DNA of 64,000 bases from an uncultured Chthonomonadaceae bacterium (GTDB taxonomy: Bacteria > Armatimonadota > Chthonomonadetes > Chthonomonadales > Chthonomonadaceae), in the NCBI GenBank assembly GCA_963835065.1, contig CAWIEK010000044.1:480001-544000 (forward strand). The letters run 5' to 3'. Positions 50,047 to 59,128 of the stretch are shown in pieces. The notes beneath the pieces were generated by a model that was given only the letters and a program-made list of their open reading frames with translations, did not search any database and was not told where the DNA came from. Position numbers and translations under genes: made by a program. The first letter of the stretch is position 1. Each line of letters opens with the position of its first letter.

Positions 50047-51240
50047 TTGTTCCGTTTCTTAACTGCCGGGGAATCGCATGGCCCCGCCCTGTCGGCGATT
50101 ATCGAAGGTTTGCCCGCCAATCTGCCCGTTGACTTTGCCGAAGTGAACCGCCAACTCAAGCGCAGGCAGGGCGGCTATGGACGGGGCGCGCGCCAGCAGA
50201 TCGAAACCGATATGGCGGAGTTCACGTCGGGCATACGGTTTGGCCGGACGATGGGCGGGCCGATTACGCTGAACGTGCGCAACCGCGATCACGAGCAGAA
50301 CTGGCAGGATCGGATGTCGGTCACGCCCGTAGATAATCCTACGCCTCCCATTACGCAGCCGCGTCCCGGCCATGCAGATTTTGCCGGGATGTTGAAGTAC
50401 CACTACGACGACCTGCGCCCGATTCTGGAGCGTTCCAGCGCGCGCAACACGGCTGCCCTCGTTGCGGTGGGAGCCATTTGCCGCCAGTTGCTTCAGCATA
50501 TCCATATCGAAATCGTCAGCCATGTGACGGTAATCGGCGGCATCCACGCGCGTTTTGCCCCTGATGCGTCCTACCATGAGATTGCGGCGAAAGCGGAAAC
50601 CTCACCTGTGCGCTGCGGGGATGCCGAAGCCGAGTCGCGCATGATTGCGGCCATTGACGTATGTATGCAGGAAGGAACGCGGGATACATTGGGCGGCGTG
50701 TTTGAAGTGGTGGGATTGGGCTGTATGCCGGGGTTGGGCAGTTTCGTGCATTGGGATCGCAAATTGGACGCGCGGCTTGCGAGCGCCATGATGAGCATAC
50801 AAGCCATGAAGGGCGTGGAATTCGGCATGGGGTTTGGCGTGGGCGAAATCCCCGGCTCGCAAATCCATGACCCAATCTATTATGACGCCGCCAAAGGCTT
50901 CACGCGGGGAACCAACAGCGCGGGCGGTATCGAAGGCGGCATGACAAACGGCGAACCCGTTGTCGTCCGCGTCGCCATGAAACCCCTGTCCACGCTTCCA
51001 ACGCCCTTAGCCTCCGTAGATATGAAAACAAAGGAAGCGGTCAAAGCGCATTTCGAGCGTTCCGACGTGTGCGCCGTACCCGCCGCCGCCACGATTGGCG
51101 AAGCGATGATGGCAATCGTGCTGGCCGAAGCCGCGCTGGAAAAATTCGGCGGCGACAGCCTGGAAGAATGGACGCGCAACGCCGCCGCGTATCGCGCCGA
51201 TATTGAGGAACGCGGTTTCAAGTTGATAGTTGATAGATGA
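50047..51240 (+). CDS. aroC: Chorismate synthase
   Basis: TAGESHG, PRPGHAD, ERSSARNTA, ERSDVCAVP; AAGGAG plus TTG start. Confidence 0.97.
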   Translation: MFRFLTAGESHGPALSAIIEGLPANLPVDFAEVNRQLKRRQGGYGRGARQQIETDMAEFTSGIRFGRTMGGPITLNVRNRDHEQNWQDRMSVTPVDNPTPPITQPRPGHADFAGMLKYHYDDLRPILERSSARNTAALVAVGAICRQLLQHIHIEIVSHVTVIGGIHARFAPDASYHEIAAKAETSPVRCGDAEAESRMIAAIDVCMQEGTRDTLGGVFEVVGLGCMPGLGSFVHWDRKLDARLASAMMSIQAMKGVEFGMGFGVGEIPGSQIHDPIYYDAAKGFTRGTNSAGGIEGGMTNGEPVVVRVAMKPLSTLPTPLASVDMKTKEAVKAHFERSDVCAVPAAATIGEAMMAIVLAEAALEKFGGDSLEEWTRNAAAYRADIEERGFKLIVDR

Positions 51241-51332
51241 TAGTTGATAGTAGCGTTGCGCAATTAATGTCAGTGTCTTATGAGATCAGGAGTCGGAAAG
51301 TGGAACTTGTAGTTGCGGGGAAAGATGCTAAA

Positions 51333-51887
51333 TTGGAGCAACCTAAACCTATCAACTATCAACTATCAACTATCAACCTGGTTCTTACCGGTTTCATGGG
51401 CACGGGCAAGTCTACGCTGGGGCAGTTGTGCGCGGAGCGGCTTGGGTTTGAGTTTTGCGACAGCGATCAGGTGATGGAAGCGCAGGCGGGCTGTTCCATC
51501 CCGGAGTTGTTTCGGACGGAGGGAGAAGCGCGTTTTCGGCAGCGGGAGCGCGAGGTGATTGCCGGTCTATCAGCCACCCCTAACTTAGTAATCGCTACGG
51601 GCGGCGGGGTGGTTCTGGACGCCGAAAATGTTCAGAAGTTACGCGCGTCCGGGCTGGTTGTCCTGCTGACCGCTCCGCCCGATGTGATTTTGCAGCGCGT
51701 GGGTAATGGCGTTTCGCGGCCTTTGCTGGCGGATGCCGCCGATGCCCGCGCCCGTATCGTAGAAATGCTGTCACAGCGTATGCCCCTGTACCTTCAGGCC
51801 GCGCATTGTCAGGTGGAAACCGGAACCAAGCCAATGCCGGAGTTGGTTGAAGACATTATCCTGCTGTACGAACTAGCACAGGGATAA
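51333..51887 (+). CDS. aroK: Shikimate kinase
   Basis: GFMGTGKST, GEARFR, ATGGG, RPLL; start uncertain (upstream of the heptamer run). Confidence 0.92.
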   Translation: MEQPKPINYQLSTINLVLTGFMGTGKSTLGQLCAERLGFEFCDSDQVMEAQAGCSIPELFRTEGEARFRQREREVIAGLSATPNLVIATGGGVVLDAENVQKLRASGLVVLLTAPPDVILQRVGNGVSRPLLADAADARARIVEMLSQRMPLYLQAAHCQVETGTKPMPELVEDIILLYELAQG

Positions 51888-51888
51888 A

Positions 51889-52081
51889 TAAACCACGGAG
51901 AACACGGAGGACACGGAGAGGAGAGGAGAAGAGAGGAATACTAACCACGGAGGACACGGATAACGCGGATAGACACGGATAAAAGGCATTTTGATCTGAT
52001 CCGTGTTCATCTGTTTCATCCGTTTCATCCGTGGTAAGTCTCTCCCCTCTTCTCCGTGTCCTCCGTGTTCTCCGTGGTTTA
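51889..52081. mobile_element. Nested palindromic MITE-like element (TAAACCACGGAG...CTCCGTGGTTTA), copy 1
   Basis: Outer arms of 9-mer ACACGGAGG-type repeats, inner arms of ACACGGAT-type repeats; near-identical architecture at 56851-57068. Confidence 0.8.
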
Positions 52082-52099
52082 TTCCGCAGGGAGTGTAAT

Positions 52100-53194
52100 A
52101 TGGCGCAGGTTATTCCGGTTCCGTTGGGCAATCGGAGTTACAATATAAACATTGCGGCGGGGCTGATTGCGGGCGGGCAGGCGGGAAGTTGGCTGAGGCC
52201 GCTGCTGCCGGGCAAGCGCGTTTGTGTGGTCACGCATCCCAAACTGGAAGAACCGTATGCCGCGCCGATTGCGCGGCAATTGGAAGCGCAGGGCGTGACC
52301 ACTGCGACGGTATGTATTCCTCCCGGCGAGCGTACTAAGAATTTAGGGGGAGTGGCGCGGCTGTACTCGGCGTTTGCGAAGGCGAAACTGGATCGCCGGA
52401 GCGTGGTTATTGCGGTGGGCGGCGGCGTTTTGGGCGACATGGTTGGGTTTGCCGCCGCGTCGTATCTGCGCGGCATCGGGTTTATACAGGTTCCGACGAC
52501 CTTGTTGGCGCAGGTGGATGCTAGCGTGGGCGGCAAAACGGGCGTGGATTTGCCCGAAGGCAAAAATCTGGTGGGCGCGTTTCATCAGCCCCTGGGCGTT
52601 TTGATTGACCCGGATACCCTGCGCACCCTGCCCCGCCGCGAACTGCGCGCGGGTTTGGCTGAAATAATCAAGTATGGTATAATTTACGACAGCGCTTTTT
52701 TTCACCGTATTGTACGGGAAGTGGATAGGCTGCTTGGACTGGATGCGGACGCGCTGACGGCTGCCATTGCGCGTTCCTGCGAGATCAAGGCGGAAGTGGT
52801 GGGGCAGGACGAAACCGAGCAGGGACTGCGCGCCATTCTCAATTTCGGCCATACCATCGGGCATGCGCTGGAAGCCGTGACGCAGTATCGGCGTTATAAG
52901 CATGGGGAAGCCGTCGCCATCGGCATGATGTCCGCGTGTCTGATTGGCGAGGAACTGAACCTCACGCCGCCGGACGTGACCAATCAACTGGCGCGGGCGC
53001 TGAGAGCCGCCGGATTGCCCGCGTCGTTTCCCGCCGATGTGGATGTAAACGCGATTCTGGAAGCGGCGCAGCGCGACAAGAAGACACTGGACGGCAAACT
53101 GCGCTTCGTGCTTGCCTCCCAATTGGGAACGGTGCAGGTTGTGGAGGATGTTCCCGCGTCCGCGATACGCGCTGCGCTTGCCCGGCAGCAGTAA
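52100..53194 (+). CDS. aroB: 3-dehydroquinate synthase
   Basis: GGGVLGD, PTTLLAQVDASVGGKTG, LNFGHTIGHALE, HGEAV. Confidence 0.97.
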   Translation: MAQVIPVPLGNRSYNINIAAGLIAGGQAGSWLRPLLPGKRVCVVTHPKLEEPYAAPIARQLEAQGVTTATVCIPPGERTKNLGGVARLYSAFAKAKLDRRSVVIAVGGGVLGDMVGFAAASYLRGIGFIQVPTTLLAQVDASVGGKTGVDLPEGKNLVGAFHQPLGVLIDPDTLRTLPRRELRAGLAEIIKYGIIYDSAFFHRIVREVDRLLGLDADALTAAIARSCEIKAEVVGQDETEQGLRAILNFGHTIGHALEAVTQYRRYKHGEAVAIGMMSACLIGEELNLTPPDVTNQLARALRAAGLPASFPADVDVNAILEAAQRDKKTLDGKLRFVLASQLGTVQVVEDVPASAIRAALARQQ

Positions 53195-53202
53195 AAGTTC
53201 TA

Positions 53203-53574
53203 ATGGAATTTTCCAACGCCTTTATGACCACACAATCCATGCCGGAATTTGCCGCAGAAGAGGACGCGCCCGACGTTCTGCCCGCGCCTGTCAATACAGT
53301 GTTGGCGGCGATGTGGGTCGTGTTGTTTGGCGGGCGGTGGCTGGCAGTGCCGTTGGTTCAGGCGGCGGGGCTGCTTTCGCCGGAGCAGACCGCCGAGTGG
53401 GATGAGGGCATCCTGACCAAAGTGTATCTGATTTTGCTGTCCATCACCTGTGTTGTGCTGGCACTACGCGCGATTCGTCACTTGCAGAATCCCAATCCAA
53501 GCCACAAGGGCGTGGCTCCGATGACGCTGACAACAGATGGCGAAGCGGGCGCGAAGGGCGAACAGGGCGCGTAA
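53203..53574 (+). CDS. Hypothetical membrane protein
   Basis: Two hydrophobic helices; fills the gap between aroB and the kinase gene. Confidence 0.65.
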   Translation: MEFSNAFMTTQSMPEFAAEEDAPDVLPAPVNTVLAAMWVVLFGGRWLAVPLVQAAGLLSPEQTAEWDEGILTKVYLILLSITCVVLALRAIRHLQNPNPSHKGVAPMTLTTDGEAGAKGEQGA

Positions 53575-53608
53575 GCGTGGCGGCTCGCGCGCCGGAGAAA
53601 CGAAGCCT

Positions 53609-55590
53609 TTGATTAATCAACTGGTGAGCCAGCGTTATGAGACGCTGGAAAAAATCGGCGAAGGGCCGCTGTTTACCGTGTACAAAGCGCGCGACACGGC
53701 CCTGAACCGCATTGTCGCCCTGAAAGCCGTTGCGGGCGCGTTTGCCCGTGACCGGGCGTTAATGGAAGGGCTGGAGCGGGGCTTGGAAGCCAGCGCCAAC
53801 CTGACGCATCCCAACATCACGCACTTTTACGAGTGGGGCGAGGATGGCGATACAGTCTATGCCACTGTAGAATTTGTGCGCGGCATCAATCTGCGCGAAC
53901 GCATCCGCCGCATTGCGCCGTTTACGCTTTCGGTTGCCGTAGATGTGGCCGTTTCCCTGGCCGAAGCGCTGCAATACGCCCACAGTCAGGGGCAAGTACA
54001 TGGCGATTTGCGCCCGCACAATGTCATTGTCAGCCCGGAAGGACTGGTCAAACTGACGGACTTCGGCGTGATGGCGGGCGTTGTTGAATCTCCCCGCGCC
54101 CAGGCGGACGTGCTGGCGCGCAGCGCGATTTACCATGCGCCGGAACTCTCCATGAAGCAGCCGGGCAGCGTTGCCGGCGACATTTACGCGCTTGGAGCCG
54201 TGCTGTACGAGATGCTGACGGGAACGCCCCTGTACGCGGGCGATTCGCTCGACACCATTGCCGACCACCACGCTTTTTCGCCCATTCCCCTGCCCCGCGT
54301 CATCAATCCCGGCGTGCCCCGCTCCGTAGAAGGCATCATCGTCAAGTGCCTGCAAAAGCAGCCCGACGCCCGCTACCGCTCTGCCGGGGAAGCCCTCAGC
54401 GATCTGAAATCCGTCCGTGACGCCCTCCGCTTCGGCAAGCCCCTGTCCTGGTCGCCCGTTGACGTGGACAAACTCGCCAACGCGGTCCCGCAAAGAGGAA
54501 AGGGAACAGAAGAAGACGAGAAGACAGAAGACAGAAGACAGAAGGCCGCCGTTCAATCGAAAATCGAAAATCGAAAATCGAAAATCGAGGAGCCTGTCGC
54601 CACAGCGGCGGCTTCCAGTCAGGCTATGCCGATGCCCGCCAACAACCGACTGCGCAAGGACGACGAGCGCGTTTCCATTTTGCTGAAAATTCCGATTGGG
54701 ATACTCGCCGGCGTGATTATCGCCCTGCTGATCGCTCTGGGCGGCATCAAAGCGGCGCTTATGGATCGAACCCGAACCCATTGTCATACCCAAACTGGTC
54801 GGCAAGTCCATTGACGAAGTGCGCTTGCTGGCGCAGCAGAAAAAACTGCATCTTATCGAACACGCGGTTTACAACGCGCAGCCGCGCGGACTGGTGTTCA
54901 AAACCGATGAAGTGGCGGGAATCAAACTGAAGCAGGGGCAGGATTTCAATATCTGGTACAGCAAAGGCTTGACGTATGTGCCGGTTCCCAATGTTGTCGG
55001 CCTGCCCCGCGACGAGGCGGAGCAAAAAATCAAGGATGCTGGCCTGACGGTGGGCAAGGTGACGCCGGAATACAGCGACACTGTTGCCGTCAACAGCATC
55101 ATTTCGCAAAACATTTCGTTTAAGAAAACCGTATTGCATGATACTGCCGTCGGCCTGATTGTCAGCGACGGCCCGAAATCGGATTACGGCACGGACCCGA
55201 ACGCGGAAGCGGACGGCAACAACACGCCCGCGCAGACGGAAACGCCTTCCAACGGCAACCCCATCGAAGAGGCGGCGCAGACTCCCGACCCGGACGTGAA
55301 CCCGAACCCGCCGGACGACCCTGCCAACAACGAGTTCGCACGAATTTCGCCGCGTAATTCAGGTACACAAGGATGGCTTGGGCAAGCGCAAGGTGCGCGT
55401 CGAATTTGTAGACGCGAATGGCCGGAGCATCCCCCCGGTGGTGGATGATATGTACGATGAAAATGCCCGCATCCCGCTGAATTTCACGTACTATGGAAAG
55501 AAAATCATCCTGCGCGTGTACTACAACGATCAACTAAGCCTGAACAAAACCTTCGACCCTGCCGCCAGGCAGAGTCAGGACATTAGGTAG
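53609..55590 (+). CDS. Ser/Thr protein kinase with TM helix and PASTA domains (PknB-like), frameshifted near 54760 and 55340
   Basis: VALK, HGDLRPHN, DFG, APE, DIYALG; VPNVVGL PASTA repeat in the next frame. Confidence 0.85.
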
Positions 55591-55710
55591 GGTATTAGGG
55601 TTTTAAGGTTTTAGGGTTTTAGGGTGTTCATGTAGTGGGCTTCTGCCTAATATCTAATGCCTGATGCCTAATGCCTGATGCCTGATGCCTACTCACGAAA
55701 AGAGACAAGC

Positions 55711-56385
55711 ATGAGTCGCGCGGAAAACATTGTGATTGCGCCTTCTATTTTGTCGGCGGACTTTGGCAATCTGGCGCAGGCGGCGCGGGATGTGGAAGCG
55801 GCGGGCGCCGAATATCTGCACATTGATGTGATGGACGGCATGTTTGTGCCCAACATTACCATCGGCATCCCTGTTGTGAAGGGACTGCGCCCCGCCTCAC
55901 CCGCGTTTTTTGACACGCATCTGATGATCGCGCAGCCGGAACGCTATGTGGAAGCGTTTGCGCAGGCGGGCGCGAACGGCATTACGGTTCATGCCGAAGC
56001 CTGTACGCACTTGCAGCGGACGCTTGCGATGATACGGGACGCAGGCGCGAAGGCGGGCGTTGCTCTTAACCCCGCCACGCCGCCCGACGTGCTGGAATAT
56101 GTCTTAGACGACCTGGATTTGGTGCTGGTGATGACGGTCAACCCCGGCTTCGGCGGGCAAAAATTTCTGTCAGCCATGCTGCCCAAAATTGAGCGCGTCC
56201 GGGAACTGATTGACCGCGTTTCGCACCCCATTCACCTGGAAGTGGATGGTGGTATCACGCCCCAAACCGTTCCGCTCGTAGTCAATGCGGGCGCAACCGC
56301 GCTCGTGGCGGGCACGGCGATTTACGGACACGCGGGCGGCTTAAAGGAAGCCATACAGGAATTGCGACAGGCGACAGGAAGGTAG
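55711..56385 (+). CDS. rpe: Ribulose-phosphate 3-epimerase
   Basis: APSILSADF, HIDVMDG, MTVNPGFGGQ, EVDGGI. Confidence 0.97.
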   Translation: MSRAENIVIAPSILSADFGNLAQAARDVEAAGAEYLHIDVMDGMFVPNITIGIPVVKGLRPASPAFFDTHLMIAQPERYVEAFAQAGANGITVHAEACTHLQRTLAMIRDAGAKAGVALNPATPPDVLEYVLDDLDLVLVMTVNPGFGGQKFLSAMLPKIERVRELIDRVSHPIHLEVDGGITPQTVPLVVNAGATALVAGTAIYGHAGGLKEAIQELRQATGR

Positions 56386-56391
56386 ATTGCC

Positions 56392-56853
56392 ATGACGGAC
56401 ACAACCTTTGCGTATCAATCGCTGATTTCTCCCCGGTCACGACGCTTGCGCACAACTGGCCTGTTCCTTCTGGCGGTGATTGTGGTCATGGCGCTGTACG
56501 GCTATTTCAGCCTGATGCCATCCCTGCGCATTTCCGCCGCCCGCCTTGCCGCGCAAGCCAATGCCCGCCCCGCCGCCACAAATTCAGCCGTCACCACGTC
56601 CGGCAACCGCGTCCTTCCCACAGCCAAACCGACGAACGCGCAGGATGCCGTCGCGCGTATGCCGCGGCAGGAAAGGGAAGCGCAGGCCGCTAAAATCGTT
56701 TTCGCGTATGCCTATTGGGGCGTGTGCCTGTCCCTGCTGATCGCCTTAATGCTCGTCGCGTGGCTGGATTTCCGCGAAGTGGGCCGCAACTTCGACCAAC
56801 AGCAGGCCGCTATCTTCGCCGCCTCGCTGAAAAACGAAAACTCGAAGAATTAA
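56392..56853 (+). CDS. Hypothetical membrane protein
   Basis: Two TM segments; operonic spacing. Confidence 0.7.
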   Translation: MTDTTFAYQSLISPRSRRLRTTGLFLLAVIVVMALYGYFSLMPSLRISAARLAAQANARPAATNSAVTTSGNRVLPTAKPTNAQDAVARMPRQEREAQAAKIVFAYAYWGVCLSLLIALMLVAWLDFREVGRNFDQQQAAIFAASLKNENSKN

Positions 56854-57068
56854 ACCACGGAGAACACGGAGGACACGGAGAGGAGAGGAAAAGACAGAGA
56901 TACTTACCACGGAGGACACGGATAACGCGGATACACACGGATACACACGGATAAAGGCATTTTGATCTCATCCGTGTTCATCTTTTTCATCCGTTTCATC
57001 CGTGGTTAGTATTTCCCTCTTATTCTCTTCCTCTCCCCCTCCGTGCCCTCCGTGTTCTCCGTGGTTTA
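56851..57068. mobile_element. Nested palindromic MITE-like element, copy 2
   Basis: Begins at the TAA stop (TAAACCACGGAG), ends CTCCGTGGTTTA; shares the core AAAGGCATTTTGATCT with copy 1. Confidence 0.8.
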
Positions 57069-57091
57069 CATTCCTTTGTATTGGCGGTGAT

Positions 57092-58225
57092 GTGGTGAAG
57101 GATGACAGGCGGTGGATGCGGCGGGCGCTGCGGTTGGCGCGGAATAGTTTTGCCACGCCGAACCCGATGGTGGGCTGCGTGTTGGTGCGGGATGGCGTTG
57201 TCGTGGGGGAAGGGTGGACGCAGCCGGTGGGACAGGCGCATGCGGAAGCGATGGCGTTACGCGCTGCCGGGGAACGCGCGAAGGGCGCTGTGGCGTATGT
57301 GACGCTGGAACCGTGCTGTCACTGGGGGCGAACGCCGCCGTGCAGCGACGCGCTGATTGCCGCACAAGTGGCGCGAGTCGTGGCGGCAACCACAGACCCG
57401 AACCCGCGCGTGAGCGGGCAGGGAATCGCACAGTTAAGGGCAGCGGGCGTGGACGTAACCGTAGGCGTTCTGGAACAGGAAGCCCGCGTGTTCAACGAGG
57501 CTTTTTTTCATTTTCAGGCCGCCAAGACGCCGTTCGTCACGCTGAAATCGGCTATGACGCTGGACGGCAAAATCGCCACGCATACGGGCAGTTCGCAATG
57601 GATTACGGGCGCATTAGCAAGGCAGTACGCGCATCGTTTGCGCGCGCAAGCGGGCGCGGTCATGGTGGGCATCGGGACGCTGCTGGCCGATGACGCGCAA
57701 TTGACGGCGCGTTTGCCAAATCTGGCACTTCCGCGCCAGCCTATGCGTATTATCGTGGATAGTAATCTGCGAACGCCGCCGGATTGCCGGGCGGTACGCA
57801 TGATTAAAGAACATGATGTAGAAGTGAATGTACCTGCGCCTTTGTTGATTGCCACTACGGCACGGGCGGATGGCGAACGCGAACAAGTGTTGCGGCAGGC
57901 GGGCGCGGAAGTGGTTCGGCTGCCTGCCATGAACGATGGGCGCGTCAATTTAACGGCACTGATGAAGCTGCTGGCAGAGCGGCAAATCATCAGCGTTCTG
58001 GTGGAGGGCGGCGGCGAATTGAACGCAAGCCTGCTGGAAGCCCGTCTAGCGCATAAGATGCTGTGCTTTGTGGCTCCAAAACTCATCGGTGGGCGGGATG
58101 CGCCTACACCGCTTGAGGGTATGGGAATCGCGCAAATGGCGGACGCCATTCTGCTGGACAAACTAAAGGTGCGGCGCTTCGGCGCGGATATTGCGGTGGA
58201 AGGTTTGATCTGCTGGAAGCCTTGA
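57092..58225 (+). CDS. ribD: Riboflavin biosynthesis deaminase/reductase
   Basis: PNPMVG, HAE, TLEPCCH, TLDGKIA, VEGGG. Confidence 0.96.
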   Translation: MVKDDRRWMRRALRLARNSFATPNPMVGCVLVRDGVVVGEGWTQPVGQAHAEAMALRAAGERAKGAVAYVTLEPCCHWGRTPPCSDALIAAQVARVVAATTDPNPRVSGQGIAQLRAAGVDVTVGVLEQEARVFNEAFFHFQAAKTPFVTLKSAMTLDGKIATHTGSSQWITGALARQYAHRLRAQAGAVMVGIGTLLADDAQLTARLPNLALPRQPMRIIVDSNLRTPPDCRAVRMIKEHDVEVNVPAPLLIATTARADGEREQVLRQAGAEVVRLPAMNDGRVNLTALMKLLAERQIISVLVEGGGELNASLLEARLAHKMLCFVAPKLIGGRDAPTPLEGMGIAQMADAILLDKLKVRRFGADIAVEGLICWKP

Positions 58226-58285
58226 TTTCAGTAGAAGGCTTGGTTTACCGGCAGGTTTGATTTGCTGGAAGGCGTAATTTAAGAG

Positions 58286-58928
58286 ATGTTTACCGGCTTG
58301 GTTGAGGAAACAGGAACGGTTGTCGCGGTGGAACTAACGGCGCGTTCGGCGCGGCTGATCGTGTCGGCTCCCCTCGTGCATCAGGACGCGCATTTGGGCG
58401 ACAGCATCGCCGTGAATGGCTGCTGCCTGACCGTTGTGGCGCAGGATACGGATCGTCTCACGTTCGACGCCGTGCCGGAAACGCTGGACCGCACCAATCT
58501 GGGCGCATTGACGCCGGGCGCGCGGAGTCAATCTGGAACGCCCGCTTGCCGTTGGCGCAAGATTGGGCGGGCATTTCGTGCAGGGGCATATTGACGGCGT
58601 GGGCATTGTTCGCGCCGTCACGCCCGAAGAAAACGCGGTGGTGATCGAAATCGAAATGCCGTCTGCTCTGCGCCGTTATTTTGTGGAAAAAGGCTCCGTT
58701 GCCGTAGATGGCGTCAGCCTGACAATCGCGGATGTAAGGCCCGAAACGTTTACCGTGTGGACGATCCCGCATACGCGGGAAGTGACTACATTGGGCGAGC
58801 GCAAACCCGGAGATCGCGTCAATCTGGAATGTGACCTGCTGGGCAAATACATGGAGCGCCTGCTGTCCGAGCGCATGGTGGCGAGTACGCCCCTCGCCCC
58901 TTCGCAGCAAACAAGCGCAACAAACTAA
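58286..58928 (+). CDS. ribE: Riboflavin synthase, frameshifted near 58525
   Basis: MFTGLV, GDSIAVNGCCLT; then GGHFVQGHIDG, GSVAVDGVSLT in the second frame. Confidence 0.92.
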
Positions 58929-58942
58929 AAATATTTGCTGAC

Positions 58943-59087
58943 TCTTCACCACCAAGACGCCAAGAACACCAAGCAGAACGAGAAGAAGGACGTTATAAAA
59001 ATGCAGGAGCTATTGAAAGATTCGCGCGTTCTGATCCGTTAGTCTTGCCTGCTTTACTTGGTGTTCTTGGCGTCTTGGTGGTGAAGA
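58943..59087. mobile_element. Palindromic MITE-like element with CACCAAGA-type repeat arms
   Basis: TCTTCACCACCAAGACGCCAAGAACACCAAG ... CTTGGTGTTCTTGGCGTCTTGGTGGTGAAGA perfect inverted arms. Confidence 0.8.
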
Positions 59088-59128
59088 ATTACAATCTTTG
59101 CTGTATTGTGGAATGATTTTCTGAGCTT

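Noticed and set aside
51889..52081. Nonamer and heptamer repeat clusters as CRISPR arrays
   Set aside because: The units are tandem and inverted, without unique regularly sized spacers.
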